Source of the DNA: Amoebidium appalachense
Lineage: Eukaryota > Protista > Ichthyosporea
DNA length: 64,000 nucleotides
NCBI GenBank assembly: GCA_963693365.1
Contig: CAVNZM010000010.1
Coordinates: forward strand, 4,966,060 to 5,030,059
Direction of reading: 5' to 3'
The position numbers and the translations under genes were made by a program. Below the pieces are notes generated by a model, which was not told the DNA's origin, ran no database searches, and saw only the letters and a program-made list of their open reading frames with translations. This document shows positions 63,180 to 64,000 of the stretch, one piece after another (position 1 is the stretch's first letter; every line of letters starts with the position of its first letter).

Positions 63180-63363
63180 ACGCGTGTGTTTTTGTGTTCG
63201 TACTCGTGCGCATGCGCGCGCATGCGTGCGCATGCGTGTGGGTGAGCGTGTTCGTGTGTGTGTCTGTGCGCGCGCATGAGTGTGCTTGAAAAGAAAGGGG
63301 GGTGGGGGGTGAGGGGTGGGGGGTGGAAGGAGGTGGGGTGGATCTGTGGGCGATGTGTTGTGG

Positions 63364-63420
<57 letters not shown>

Positions 63421-64000
63421 GAGGGAGGGAGGGGGGGGGGGGGGGGGAGGGGCATTCTCTAGCGGGAAACGAGAGCAAACAGAACAAGACAGGGGGAGAG
63501 GTGGGGGACGAAAGTGGGAGGGGAAAGGGGCGGGAAGGGGGGGGGGGAGGGGGTAATTCTGCCGGTGTCCACATAGGGTCGTACGGTTGTGCAGTCTTAC
63601 CATTTGCGGCTGCCTGCAGGGGGGAAAATCCGGATTGAGAAAATGTAACACAGAGTCTTCCATTGCCCCCACTAACCCCCATATCCACCGAATACCCCTA
63701 CACCAGGTCGGGTCATGTACTTCATGGAAACCTCACCCCCCCGCCATCCCTCTTCGTTCAGATCCCCTTGTCCCCCCTTCTCTCCCCCCCCCCCCCCCCT
63801 TCCCTCCCCCCTCCCCCCCCCTCTCCCCCCCGCCTCACCCCACAACCCCACCACCACACATGTGCACAAAAAAAACATAACCATCAATCCCACCTCCCTG
63901 TTTCTGTCTATGTGTGCATGTGTACGTGTCTGTGGATGTGTGTGTGGGTGCCTCTGTGTCTCTCTCTGTGTGTAAGAGTGTGTGTGTGTGTGTGTGTGTG

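Noticed and set aside
63601-63613. 13-nt minus-strand microexon CTGCAG|GCAGCCGCAAATG|GTAAGA upstream of LENG8
   Set aside because: The splice signals are good, but its phase does not join the 62463 acceptor without another exon that I could not find. Plausible but unsupported.

Overview
Eukaryotic genomic DNA, not prokaryotic: intron-rich and saturated with (C)n/(G)n homopolymers and (CA)n/(GA)n microsatellites. Almost all ORFs in the supplied track are repeat artefacts. Stitching exons by hand (splice sites plus reading-frame phase) gives seven protein-coding genes: the 3' end of WDR36/UTP21 (+), an OFA-like MFS transporter (-), a synaptogyrin-like MARVEL protein (+), an ALDH10-like aldehyde dehydrogenase (-), a Rib2-type (DRAP) zinc deaminase (+, with a GC-AG intron), mitochondrial OXA1 (+) and LENG8/THP3 (-, with three apparent frameshifts in G/C runs). 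The gene mix suggests a unicellular opisthokont or holozoan (inference). The main unexplained system is a dispersed repeat family of about 20 fragments in at least 3 subfamilies. Copies have variable 5' truncation, complete ones share the 3' end ...CATTCA(A)1-3 followed by poly(C), most begin right after another C tract, all lie on the C-rich strand, and they carry a covarying stem/pseudoknot. This fits a poly(C)-targeting or poly(C)-tailing non-LTR retroelement. A second signal is intron architecture: many acceptors have (CA)n instead of a polypyrimidine tract, and several introns have complementary (TG)n/G 5' halves and (CA)n/C 3' halves. All family assignments come from motif recognition by eye; no database searches were run, and homopolymer lengths may be affected by sequencing error.
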